From assembly GCA_000320545.1 (NCBI GenBank), contig ADNK01003370.1, positions 1-47,781 on the forward strand: a stretch of 47,781 nucleotides of DNA. Direction: 5' to 3'. The position numbers and the translations under genes are program-made. Numbering within the stretch: position 1 is the stretch's first letter; each line of letters begins with the position of its first letter. Shown here piece after piece: positions 11,195 through 22,937 of the stretch. Source of the DNA: Bigelowiella natans CCMP2755 (lineage: Eukaryota; Protista; Cercozoa). The notes under the pieces were generated by a model. It saw only the letters and a program-made list of their open reading frames with translations, did no database searches and was not told the origin of the DNA.

Positions 11195-13611
11195 CGGGAT
11201 CGCTGCTGCTGCTGCTTTAGTCACTATTGTCCTACTACTACTACTACTACTACTACTACCGTAACATCGGCTGCTGCTACTACAATTGTTGTTCAGGAGA
11301 GATGGATGATGATGATGGTGATGACGACGATATGGCGAGGAGGAGAACTGATGATCTTGATGAGGCTCTTGAGTGTACCAATGACGATGACCATTACCAT
11401 CCTCATCATCTTGATAATTGCAATCCAATTCAAAATAATCAGGAGCATTATCCCTTCCCCCATCATCATCTGCCGCACTACTAACGCCAGTAAGCTTCTC
11501 CTTCCCCTTTCCCTCTCCTCCTCCTCCTCCTCCTTTATTATTTCTTTGCTTCCTATTGTTGTTGTTGTTGTTGTTGTTGTTGTCCCTTGCATACTTTGAA
11601 GTCCCTCCAGGTCCAACTCCTCTACCGCCCGCTCTCATCACCATTATCATCATCTTTTTTTTCATTAAATCCCCAGCATTCTGTTCTGTCTTTCTCACGG
11701 CTTTGCTCCTCCTCTTCCTCGCCATCTTTCTGCTATTTTGGTTGTTGGCCTCTTCTTCTTCTTCTTCTCCTTCTTCTTCTTCTTCTTCTTCTTCTTCTTC
11801 TTCTTCTTCTCCGATTTTAGCAGTAGCAGCAGCAGCAGTAGTAGGTGCAACCCAATCGTCGTCGTCATCGGTAGTATCGTCCAATCTCACCTCCATTATG
11901 GAATCATCTTGCATTCTCTTGATTATACTGATGCTTCTTTCATCTACAAAGCGATGATGATGATGATGATGATGATGATACGGTTTCTTCCTCTTCTTTT
12001 CCCTGATACTACTACTACTACTACTACTACGCAGGGACTTGTTCTTGTTCTTTTTCTTCCTCTCCACCCTGCAGTATGATGATGATGATGAAGTCGGTTC
12101 TCCTCTTCGCTTCTTTCCCGGGAAAAGGCTACTGCTGCTGCTTCTTTTAACTGGTGCCGCTGTTCCCCCTCCTCCTCCTCCTCCTCCTCGTCTCTTTCTC
12201 CTGAAAAGACTACTCGCTACCGCTGCTCCTTTACGCTTTCGTAGTCGAGAATTAGTATCCACAGGTAATGATGAAGACGATGATGATCCCAAGCTGCATC
12301 GTTTGACCCTTCCCCCTCTCTTGTTGCTGGCGATGTTTCTAGCACACCGTGCAGGGGCCGTAGTCGTTGGTATGGTGCCTGAATGCTGACGCTTGCGTGG
12401 TCTAGTCGTCGTGTCCATATCATGTAGTATATTCTTAGCATGTACTGCTGATACATACTTCTCCGATGATATGCGCCCTAATGATCTGTGCATATTTGTA
12501 AGTTCCACTGTTCTTCTCCCACCCCTCTTTCTTGATTGTATTCCTAAACTTGGGGATGATGATGATGATCCACGATTACTTGTACGGCTTCTTTTCCGAC
12601 GATGCCTCTGCTGCTTTTCTTCGCTGATATCATCATACTTTCCCTCTCCATTGCCTTGTCGAGCATCATTCGCCTTCACACCAATACTTTCCTTCAGATC
12701 AACTTGAGGATGGAGAGGGGGAAGAGCAGTAGCCTCCCTTGCATTTTCTTTCCCCTTTTTGCATCTCTCAGCTTCCTTCCTTTTCTGAAATCAGATGAAT
12801 TTCCTTAGCATACAAGAAACAGCATCATCAACACCGACCTTCTCACACTTTGCGCAGTACCAGTTTCCTTCTGGAACCTGAGTTATAATATCAACTTTAG
12901 CTAGGCAGTACACATTTCATTTTATGGCTCAGTAATAAACCTTTGGCAACGGCGGGTCGAGACAATACGTATGATAGGCATCATCACAGCCGTCACAAAG
13001 CAGCAGCACATCTGCATTGTTCCCGCTGTAGCAAACCATGCACGGTTCGTCCGGGGTCTGGTTGTTTTATGGTATAAAACATGCATGTATAAGACCAACC
13101 ATTATTGGAAAGGTGCTTCAAGGCGATGAGAATGTATTCAATCAGCGGCAGGTCAACTACTTACGAAGTTATCAGTTGTGTTGACTAATATCTTTGAGCC
13201 GTCTGATCGGCACATCCCTAGGAATCGGCGGCAGCACAACGGACATGTGTTTCGTAGCTGCGACCATGGAAGAATGCACGTGAAGCAGAAGGCTGGTAAG
13301 CAAAAGCATATAAATTACAATCGGTTGTTAGTTTGCAATCCTCTCCCGATCATCGATCAGCAACGTTACATACGACACTCAAGGAGATCCTTACCATGCC
13401 CACACTCTTCCAAAACCGTTCTCTTCTGCCTCGACATTGTTGTGAGACACACAGAGCACTTCTCCGTCGTCTTCCAAGGCCTACCGGGACGCAAACGCGT
13501 GGCAACATGCTTCATATCGCCTCTCCCCTTTCGAGAGGGGAGAGCTCCTTTGTTTTTGAGCACGTGAAGATGTTCTGCTTTTTTGTTCGCAATTTGCAGG
13601 CCATTTTTCAT
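7919..13611 (-). CDS. RING + PHD finger protein (PHRF1-like) with long low-complexity C-terminal region; 3' end uncertain
   Basis: Exons give CSVCLTTM...[25 protein letters not shown] (RING) and [45 protein letters not shown] (PHD). These splice in frame into large exons at about 10905-12692, 10215-10671 and 8907-9890. Confidence 0.8.
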
Positions 13612-13639
13612 TTACGACTTAGACTTTTTATCGGGTGCA

Positions 13640-14090
13640 GTACAGCTATCGGGCGATGCGAACAATGAGAAGTTCGATGTTCGAATGGTGCTCCGGTAGT
13701 CGCCAATGGGGTAAGTCTTGCGATCGAGGCACTGCATTTCGCACACTGCAAATGTCTTGCAACATTTTGGAAATGTAGTTCGTCATCATTGTTCTTGTTC
13801 TTGTGGCCGGTGGATGTGAAACAAAATGACCCTGAATCTTTCTTTTGATGCTCTGCTCTTGTTGGGGGAGGACGTGGATGAGTTAGCACGTCCGATGATC
13901 CTTTCAAACAAGCTTTGAAATGCTTCGTTCACTCGTTCGTTCGCCCGCCTTCACGTTTTCACGCTCCTCCTGCTTTCAATTGCCGGGCGTGGGCTTCATT
14001 CTTCGAATGGTGACGCAGATTTTTGAACGTTGCATGAAATGATTTTTCTTCTTCACTGGTTCTCCTTCTTCGTTCATCGTTGCGGCAGCG
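13640..14090 (-). pseudogene. Unidentified degenerate coding-like sequence with TpA depletion
   Basis: Protein-like reading (AEHQKKDSGSFCFTSTGHKNKNNDDELHFQNV) with no Tyr and excess His/Cys. Only one TA in 13801-14100. Confidence 0.4.
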
Positions 14091-14093
14091 CAG

Positions 14094-14807
14094 CGTGAGA
14101 CGGATGCAATGAGTCAAGTGCAATCAAGTTTGTTCAGTGGCCCAGTGGTCGTCCTCGTGCAGCTCTGGAGCTGTGCAATGCAGCGGCCACAGCGCTGATG
14201 TTGAATCTGTTGGTCTCCGCTGCACAATGTGGTGTTTCATGCAATGAATTAAACACACACACACATCGGTGCAGCTGACGGTTTCCTGCCCCCCCCTTGT
14301 GCTGGCCTGTCTGGGATCACTGGAGGCAGCTAGACAGGCTCAAGCTGCCCAGTGTTGCCACATCATGGATGCACTGCATCATGCATGGGTGTTGGCAAGA
14401 TTGGCAACTTCAAACTTGCAAGAGGATTGTGCACTGCAGACGAAGCCCGCTGCGCAGCGTGCAACGTCATCGAAGATGTGGATCATTTTGCTTTTTTGCC
14501 CATTGCACACCACACATCAACGCCGCTTGCTAGCTTGACAAAGGAATCAGCCCACTGCCATGGTGATGCGCGACGACGAAACGAAAAGATTGACTTGCAA
14601 TGAGAAGGACAAAACACGCACTGCTGCGCAAAATGCGCGCCATTCAAGACCGAAACAACATGCATTTGATTGCATGAAACACATCACAGCGGAGACCTAC
14701 ATGGACCAACAGACAGTGTTCAACATCAGCGGTAGCCGCTGCATTGCACAGCTACATGAGGATGGCCATTGAACAAATTTATTTTGATTTATTACATCCG
14801 TCTTACA
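14094..14807 (+). mobile_element. Decayed 3' fragment of a non-LTR (LINE-like) retrotransposon flanked by an approximately 150-bp inverted repeat
   Basis: Across a frameshift it reads RCAACNVIEDVDHF.LFCPLH..HQRRLL, the CX2C..H..C zinc knuckle typical of LINE ORF2 C-termini. 14094-14245 is an imperfect reverse complement of about 14669-14807. Confidence 0.65.
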
Positions 14808-14957
14808 GCGCTATGCGGGTGTCACATCGCTCATTTCACCGTACGCACGCACAGCACGCATTCAAGCAAGCAACCTGAGGTGAAGCTATGTTGAAGCATT
14901 TCACAGATTAGCAGAGCATGCAGAATCTTCGCAATGCCTAGTTCCGGGCAAGACTTA

Positions 14958-15708
14958 TTAAAAAGGCATCCTGCCGAACACATTGAGAAGCCATTGATCT
15001 GTTATCGATCCTGGTAGAGATGCAAAGTTGTCACAAGATTTCCGAGAATTTGTTCCGAAAACTTTCAAATTCGAACGTAATGTCGGAGGTGCTTGCTTAT
15101 TTGTGATATAAAATTGGAGGTTTATATTGAAAATGCGTATTGCCTTGACATTCTGCTCCTCCTCTCCTCCTCCTCCTCCTCCTCCTCCTCCTCCTCCTCC
15201 TCTTCCCCTCTCTACTCCTCCTCCTCCTCCTGGACTATGTAACCAACCCCTCCCCCCTATTCTTTCTACTTTTACCGAAGCTGATGATATTACGAAGAAG
15301 GCCAACTTGCTCCATATTCGTCTCCTCCCCCTCCTTGAATATCTCCTTTTCAATCATATTGGCCTGACGATGCACACATCCATCTCAAAACGATGATGAT
15401 ACTGAGGAAGACAAGCACTTTGATTAAACCTCGAGAGAAAGCTTATCCGCTTCAGGTTTTCTGGATCGTCCATTCCACTCCATTTTCTGCGTAAAATCAA
15501 TTCCCAGTTATAATTCGACTACCCCTACTCCTCCCCAAAACGGGATGTTCAGCAGAAATGATGCACGTATATGTGCTGGTGCTGTGTAGTGTGTATTTAT
15601 TCTTGAATGCATGCATTTGGGGAGAAGAAGAAGAAGAAGAACACGTGTTTACAGCAATCGTATTTGCCATCATTCTTATCATTAATTCATGACGTCGTTA
15701 TCATTCAT

Positions 15709-15743
<35 letters not shown>

Positions 15744-15952
15744 TATCATCGTTTTCTTTATTTCGTTGAATTTCGTTGATAAATTAGAGAGTAATACACG
15801 GCACCTCTAGCAATACAGCATAGTCACGGAGCGCTGCTACCCTGAGATCAGCTACGAGTATCTGACAGCAAAAAACCACCAATTCCACAACAATCATATC
15901 ATTATTGTGGGAATCGTCTCTGAACTCAGTTGTTGCAATATCACGTTGTTGG

Positions 15953-15989
<37 letters not shown>

Positions 15990-16315
15990 CCAAAGATCGA
16001 AAGAAATACTCATAGGACTGATGTAAATCGATACCATATACGCATTTATAGCGTGCATGACAACAATACAACAATAACGGCAGTTGGTTTAGCTTGCTCA
16101 GTGATAGCCTTGTTAAGACAGTCCTCCTCAAGCTCAATCGAACCTTCTTCTAAGGCACCATAACAGGATCCCCTTGCAGCTAAACACACACCTGCCAGCT
16201 CTTCCAAGCTGAAACCCCCTCCAAAGAGTGTTGTGGTGGCTGGAACACCTCCATTTATATCTTTACTACCCTCGAGCAACGAATACGCCTTTGCAATGAT
16301 GATGATGATGATAAT

Positions 16316-16350
<35 letters not shown>

Positions 16351-16635
16351 GTGTGACTACAACCACCACTTGCTTTCTCTCTGTCTCTTTTCCACACACA
16401 CACACACACAGTAGAATTATGCACATGATACTACGTGCTTTCACCTCGGCTAAAGCAGGTCCAGCAGCAGCAGCCGCTGTTACGGTTGATGATGACACTC
16501 CTTGGTTGTTGGTGCCATGGTCATCAATGTCTCTGCTGTGATGATGATAATACCGTACTCGCACCTTTTCAAAATAGTTTTGAGAAATATAGAAGATTAA
16601 GGAAAGTCAAGAGCAGGTAACAATAATAATGAGTG

Positions 16636-16671
<36 letters not shown>

Positions 16672-17171
16672 AACGATGACGACGGCATTAATAATATCTC
16701 CAGAGACAAGATCTATCCATCCATCCATCCATCCATCAGCTACGCATAACAACAGTGACTGCACCAACATCATCCATACTACTACTACTACTACTACTAC
16801 TACCATCTCGCCGACACAATGAGCAACTTGGAGCTCCTAATGATATAGTGAAAATAGCAGCATTAAGAACCTTATTGTGATGACTTATATTCTTAGGAAA
16901 AAAGTACTGAAATTGTCGGCACCATCATGATTGACCATCTACATCTTCAATTTGACATACTTGATCATCGTTATCGTTATCTCCCCTTCCCCCCCCTCCT
17001 CTAGCTGGTCTCTCCATCTGGCACTCTTCAACAACGCCGTCGATGATACCTAGTACCTCGTTGTTGCTACATGCAGCATTGGAACGACAGAGATACACAT
17101 GCTGGTCAAATTGATGGATATATGAATTGTAAATTATATATATTTTATATACATGTATATAAATAAATATA

Positions 17172-17215
<44 letters not shown>

Positions 17216-17229
17216 ATATATATTCTAAT

Positions 17230-17269
<40 letters not shown>

Positions 17270-17459
17270 GCATCATTGTATGCGTGTGCTATTGCTCACC
17301 GTCGTGGATGGTGTGTCAAAATAACAGCAGCGACGATCTCACTTTCCAATCTAGCAAGATGATCCTGCAGCAGTAGCCACCATGGATGATGATGATGATG
17401 ATGCAGCACATGTGTGAAGAATGGAGGAGATAGGGCAAGACTCATATACGCAGAAGCAT

Positions 17460-17522
<63 letters not shown>

Positions 17523-17524
17523 CT

Positions 17525-17622
<98 letters not shown>

Positions 17623-18282
17623 TATTCCTCATATATGTACTGGTGTTAATATAATTGCCCGCACCTTCAAGTCTTGCAGCGCCTCAATGTTGTACATGAT
17701 TGCTTTATCTACCTCCCCGCCTGTTGGTAAGAACATTATTATATATATATATATATATATATACAACATCTATTTTGTGTGTGTGTGTGTGTGCAATGTA
17801 TAGATACATGTATGATTCGCTCTCTCTCTCTCTCTCTCTCTCAACCTCTTAGTAGAGCTATCGAAGCAGCCCTTACAGCTCCTGGCACGTACTATATCGA
17901 GAAAGGCACTTGGGGGGGATATAGATTTAAAACAAAAGAGTGATGTGATGTGATGTGAGGTTACCAATATCTTTTCTTTATATTCAAGGTAAATCACAAT
18001 AAACACAAATATACATATACATGTGTGTAGTGTGTGTGTGTGTGTGTGTGTGTATAACATTGACCCCTCGTCTCACCCCCCCTTCTTGTTTTGCTGTTTG
18101 TATGGTTTTGTATGGTTTTGTATGGTCCTAAGTAGGATAATGATGATGATGATGATGATGAGGTACAAAGCCACCTGTTGGCATCCAGGTTCCGCAGCAG
18201 CAATTTCCATCAAACTTTGCCGCACGGAGATCTCTTTTGATATATTCCCCTGCATTTGTTGTTGTTGTTGTTGTTGTTGTTG

Positions 18283-18324
<42 letters not shown>

Positions 18325-19229
18325 ATTAATCCGTAGATTACGCACACACATCACCACAACAACAACTACTAGTTAGTACACATCATGTTACTAATGAATG
18401 GGTTCTGCTGAATCATGCTGCTGCTGCTGCTGCTGCCTTGAGACTACTTCATCAATACGAATATATCTTCCCACCACCACTCACACAAAACCAGCCCTTG
18501 AATGAACAGCTCCCTCCCAGCACCTGTTTTTGATAGATATCAGCAGTCCTAGACATCGTTTGCAACTTCATCTCGGGCACAGAGCTCAACACCTTTCCCC
18601 AACAACAACGACGACGACGATGATGATGATGATGAGGAGGAGGAGGAGAGGTCAACCCTCTATGAACGTTGTGTTGTCTGCAATAATTTTACTAACCATC
18701 GTTGCTCGTTCTAAGAGTTGTAAGGCGCCGCCCCAATCACCTTTTTTTGTAAGGAGGAAGAGAGGGAGGAAGAGGGGGGGGTATCTATCACCACAGCTGA
18801 GGATATTTGAGCCTCAAAAGAACAATGAACAATACAGAGCAAATTTTACCAACCAACATAACGGACACCATTTGCCCTTCTTTCTAGTAAATATATCATT
18901 TCTTAGAACTTCATCTGTCATCTATCGTCCTAGTTAGACTACCTCTCTTTGCACACATTTCAGCTTCCTTCACCTGAGGAGAGCGGAAGAGAGGGAATGA
19001 GTTACACACTCACAAAATCACACATACATACACGCGTGCATGCACGCACACATTCATAAAAAACAACCGAGAAGGTAGCGGAATTTCGATTAGGTAAAGG
19101 AATAGAGAAAGGACAAGGATGACAATGACGAATGCATCTGTATTACTATGGAAATTATGTATTATCATGAGCATAATAGCAAGTATCCTACCAGCATCAC
19201 CACAACTACTACTACTACTACCACTACCA

Positions 19230-19265
<36 letters not shown>

Positions 19266-19566
19266 CTCAGGTATGTCAGCTATGGTGAATGTGGAGAATT
19301 GAAGTCGTCGTCGTCGTCGTCTCCCAGCTCCATTGGCAAGACTCAGGAGCCGAAGCCTCAACGCTATTGCCACAATATGAAAGTAATTGTAAAGCATCGG
19401 TCGTGCAGATTCTCATGCTACAAAAGGCTACCACGAGTGACGAATTTTACAGTGGCAAGAGAATGTCAAAATGAGTGGATTGAGGCTCAACGAAGGGACG
19501 CCACCCAAAAATGAAAGTTTTAGGTTGCGATCCTTTTAATATACCTCCATTCTTGCACCGTCGCAT
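14958..19566 (-). CDS. Uncharacterised multi-exon protein, probable mitochondrial presequence, possible TPR-like helices
   Basis: First exons splice to MRRCKNG-ALRLRLLSLANGAGRRRRRRLQFSTFTIADIPE. Later GT-AG-bounded exons include GEVDKAIMYNIEALQDLK-DHLARLESEIV, LAARGSCYGALEEGSIELEEDCLNKAI and ILVADLRVAALRDYAVLLE. Several internal junctions are unresolved. Confidence 0.55.
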
Positions 19567-20168
19567 TGCAGGTTCCAGTCTTGATGTGAGTTTCACTCTC
19601 TTGGTAGTGTCTTTTGGAGTCGTACGGTTCTGTGTCGGCCGCCTGCCATGAGCACAGCTTCTAAAGCCGAAATATTTAATTGATGATAATTCATTTTACA
19701 TGTAATGTATTCATTCTTCAACTTCGCACTTCTTCGCTCTTCTTTTCACATAGATCTATGGGACTTTTAGGGGGGTACCCCCAGCGTGTGGGATCCCGGT
19801 TTTTTGTGTAACCAGTCGGTCTGGAAACTAAAGGGTCTTTCAATATGTGTTGAAATCTTCCTGAATTTGATGAGATTTGTTCATATTTTTTCAGATAAAT
19901 TATGTCGCAACAAAATATATTCCGAGACCCCCTGCGAAAAAAGGAGAAGATTTTCTGCGACTTGCGCTTAATCAGTACGATCGTGCGTGACGAAATTCAA
20001 GAATTTCATAGATCGCCGTGTAAAAGAAGCATATACAGGCTTATGCCACATGTCGCAAATAGAATTACACCGAAGTTTCAATGCGGTTTGTTTGGATTTG
20101 CTTTTTTTGTCTGTCGCATCAAGTACCCCACGCACACAATCGTACAATCCCAACGTACTTCAACACCC

Positions 20169-21031
20169 ATGTCTTTCGTACCTCCTCTATTCAAAGACTT
20201 TGGCAAGGCCATTAAGGGTGTGTTCGTAAATTTGCTGTGAATATTATTTGATTTTGCATTGTCCAACACTGTTTAACTTTTTTTCATTGTTTCGCGGCAC
20301 AATTTAGACCTATGCACGAAGAAAATCGACGATGAGAAAGGTAGGCTGATTCCTACTGCATCTTTAATTAAAATTCAATGATAATGGAAATTTGATTTTT
20401 GCATATAAGATAGGGGATCTCTCTTTACTGGACAAGTTCTGAAATTTTCGGCCAAGAGTGACTCTGGAGTGAAGATTGACTCTTACACCAGAAACAAGGA
20501 AGGAGTCTTCTTGTCCTGTCTTGATTCCGAGTACGGCTGCCCAAAAACTGGCACCAAGTTCACCCTGAAGCTTAACTCCAAGACAGAAGTTGAAGTCGCT
20601 GCTTCTTCCTCAAAGCTGTACGATGGTGTTAAGGCTACAATCACTGGAAAATGGAAAGAGAAGAAGGGCAAGTGGCTCCGCGACATTGTTCTCGATTCTC
20701 AGTATACGAACAAGGACTACGGTTTCGTTTCGCAGGAGAAAGTTACAGTAGAACTTGACACTAACACTGTGAAGGCTGAGGTAAGCGGTTGTTTTGGGGA
20801 TGACTCTGGGTTAAGCGTTGGGGGCATGTACCCATTCACGCTCAAAATGGACACCTTTGAGCTGCAGAAAGCGAAGGGTGCAGAATCTGCGTTCACCGTT
20901 GAACAACTAAGCCTCGGTGTCGAGATGAAGAAGAAAGATATCACCTGCAGTCTACTCACGTAATACCGATGTTATCTCGTTCATTTGCTGCATAATTCGT
21001 GTTTATTCCAAAGGAGCTTACATATCATATG

Positions 21032-21071
<40 letters not shown>

Positions 21072-21396
21072 TTTCGTGTTCAGCAAGCCGCAATCTGAAA
21101 TCGAGCTAGGCTTCGTAAAAACCTCTCCGAGTGGTACAAAACTTGGAGGTAAGTTTTCCATTCCAGGGGACGGGAGCGACGATGTGTCCAAGGTGCAGCT
21201 TGCATTGAACCACAAGCTGGATGCGGACACTTCCTTATACGGTACCTTCGATAGTACTGGATCTCTCAAAGGAACCGTGGCAAAGAAATTCAGCGATCCT
21301 TCTCTCACCTTCTCCCTCACCTTCGGTATGGATATCAGCAAGGGTTATGATCTCGTCCAACCAGTAGGTGTTGCAATTGCTCTCGGTGACGCTTAA
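20169..21396 (+). CDS. VDAC: Voltage-dependent anion channel (mitochondrial porin), 4 exons
   Basis: N-terminal MSFVPPLFKDFGKAIKDL helix motif, alternating beta-strand pattern, C-terminal VGVAIALGDA*. Length is about that of a porin. Confidence 0.85.
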
Positions 21397-21539
21397 ACTT
21401 TCTCCGACTATATTTGGAACAGCGGTGGGTTGGGTTTCATTTCATTTTGAAAAGGCTAGATCGAATTATGCACCTTAGTACCGCACGCAGGCCTGATGTG
21501 TGTAACGAAGTTTAATTAATCTCGCAGCATCTATTTCCA

Positions 21540-22900
21540 GTATGTATGTTATGCATTACGAGTGAAATTTGGGGGGGGGAAGGCATGTGTGTAAATAAGT
21601 ACTTGCACCCAGCTAGCCAGTAGTACATTGTACGTATGCCCTATACATGCACGTAGATGCACATATCGCATGGCACATGCGAATTCGAATTGTGCGTCTA
21701 GCTATGCGCTAGCCACTAGACGCGTGCTACATGTGTATGTCTAGATGTATGCATCGCGTATGTCTCATCATATATAGATTGATGAGACGGATGTAATGAA
21801 GTAATCACATTTTTTCAATAATTATCCTAACGTAGCAACGCAAACTAGCAAAGCGGCTACAGCGCTCGGATTGTCTAGATTGTGTTGTTCAATTGTTCGC
21901 ATTCAGCGATCGACGACCATGATGCATGTCGTGCTTGCATGCATGTACATGTCGCTTCACAGCATGCGCTAGATGAACATCTAGGCATGCTAGCATATGC
22001 ACGCATGTGTTCTACATGTTTAGTATAGTGTTTGCGAAAATGCAGATAGCACTACACACTGACTAGTAGAACATTGTTGTTGCGCTAGTCATTTGCGGCC
22101 GCTCTAGCGCTCTAGCGCCACAGGTGCCGGAGTGCCATTACAGTACGCAGAGCTAAGCAGTATAGAGACTGACATGCATGTATGGCATGCAACACATGTA
22201 GCAATGTGCAAGACGGATGTGATTAATCAAAGCGCCCTGTTGCATCACTTGTGAAGGACATGGAGACACGGATGCATGACCGTTGAACAAACTTGATGTC
22301 AAGTTTGTTGTCAATGCATGGTCATATGGTCATCCTTCTGGCCTCATGTGCACGTAGCTGTGCAATGCAGCACTAGAGCATGCTGCAATGTGTGCGGCCG
22401 CCGCTTGTTCAAGTCGTGTAGTGCTGGTGTGAGACGGATGCAATGATTGATTTGAATTTGATCAACATAGACATCCTGCTAGCCTAGCTAGCTCGTAGCT
22501 GTGGCCTGCATGGTGCAGCTGCCTAGCTGCGTGGAATGCTAGAATGTCTATATGGATCTCACAAATGCAACGGCTACGCACAGCGCTAGAGCGATCATTT
22601 AATTGTACATTTCATTCGTTTCTGTTGTGACGTCCTTCATCATGCTAGCATGCTTGCTGAAAAGCTATAGTAGAGTGGCACAGGCATGCGCTCACGATTG
22701 AGACTAGCTAGCTCTATCTAGCTATCTATGCAATGACTAGATGGAGCTTTGCACGCACTACCATGCTGTACAGCACAAGCGTGTAACTGTGTGTGATGTT
22801 TAAGTATTATTACTTACTCATCACACTAACTCATGCTAGCATGCAATGCACGCACGCACAGCGCTACTCTACCAAGTGCGGTCGTATCTGAGACACGTCT
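21540..22900. repeat. Island of nested, decayed copies of a repeat family shared with 14094-14807 and about 35193-35225
   Basis: AGACGGATG-core motif at about 21783, 22207 and 22428. GTAGCTGTGCAATGCAGC at about 22354 matches the 14.7-kb arm. Heavy CTAG/CATG/TGCA enrichment. Confidence 0.75.
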
Positions 22901-22937
22901 AGAAGTCATCACCAGTAAGAATATTATGAATTATGGT

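Noticed and set aside
14094-14807. TGT...ACA-ended TIR DNA transposon/MITE
   Set aside because: No clear target-site duplication, homology between copies extends beyond the TGT, and the interior encodes a LINE-type zinc knuckle.
21780-22470. CRISPR-like array from recurring AGACGGATG motifs
   Set aside because: Spacing is irregular, copies are degenerate, the context is eukaryotic and there are no cas genes.
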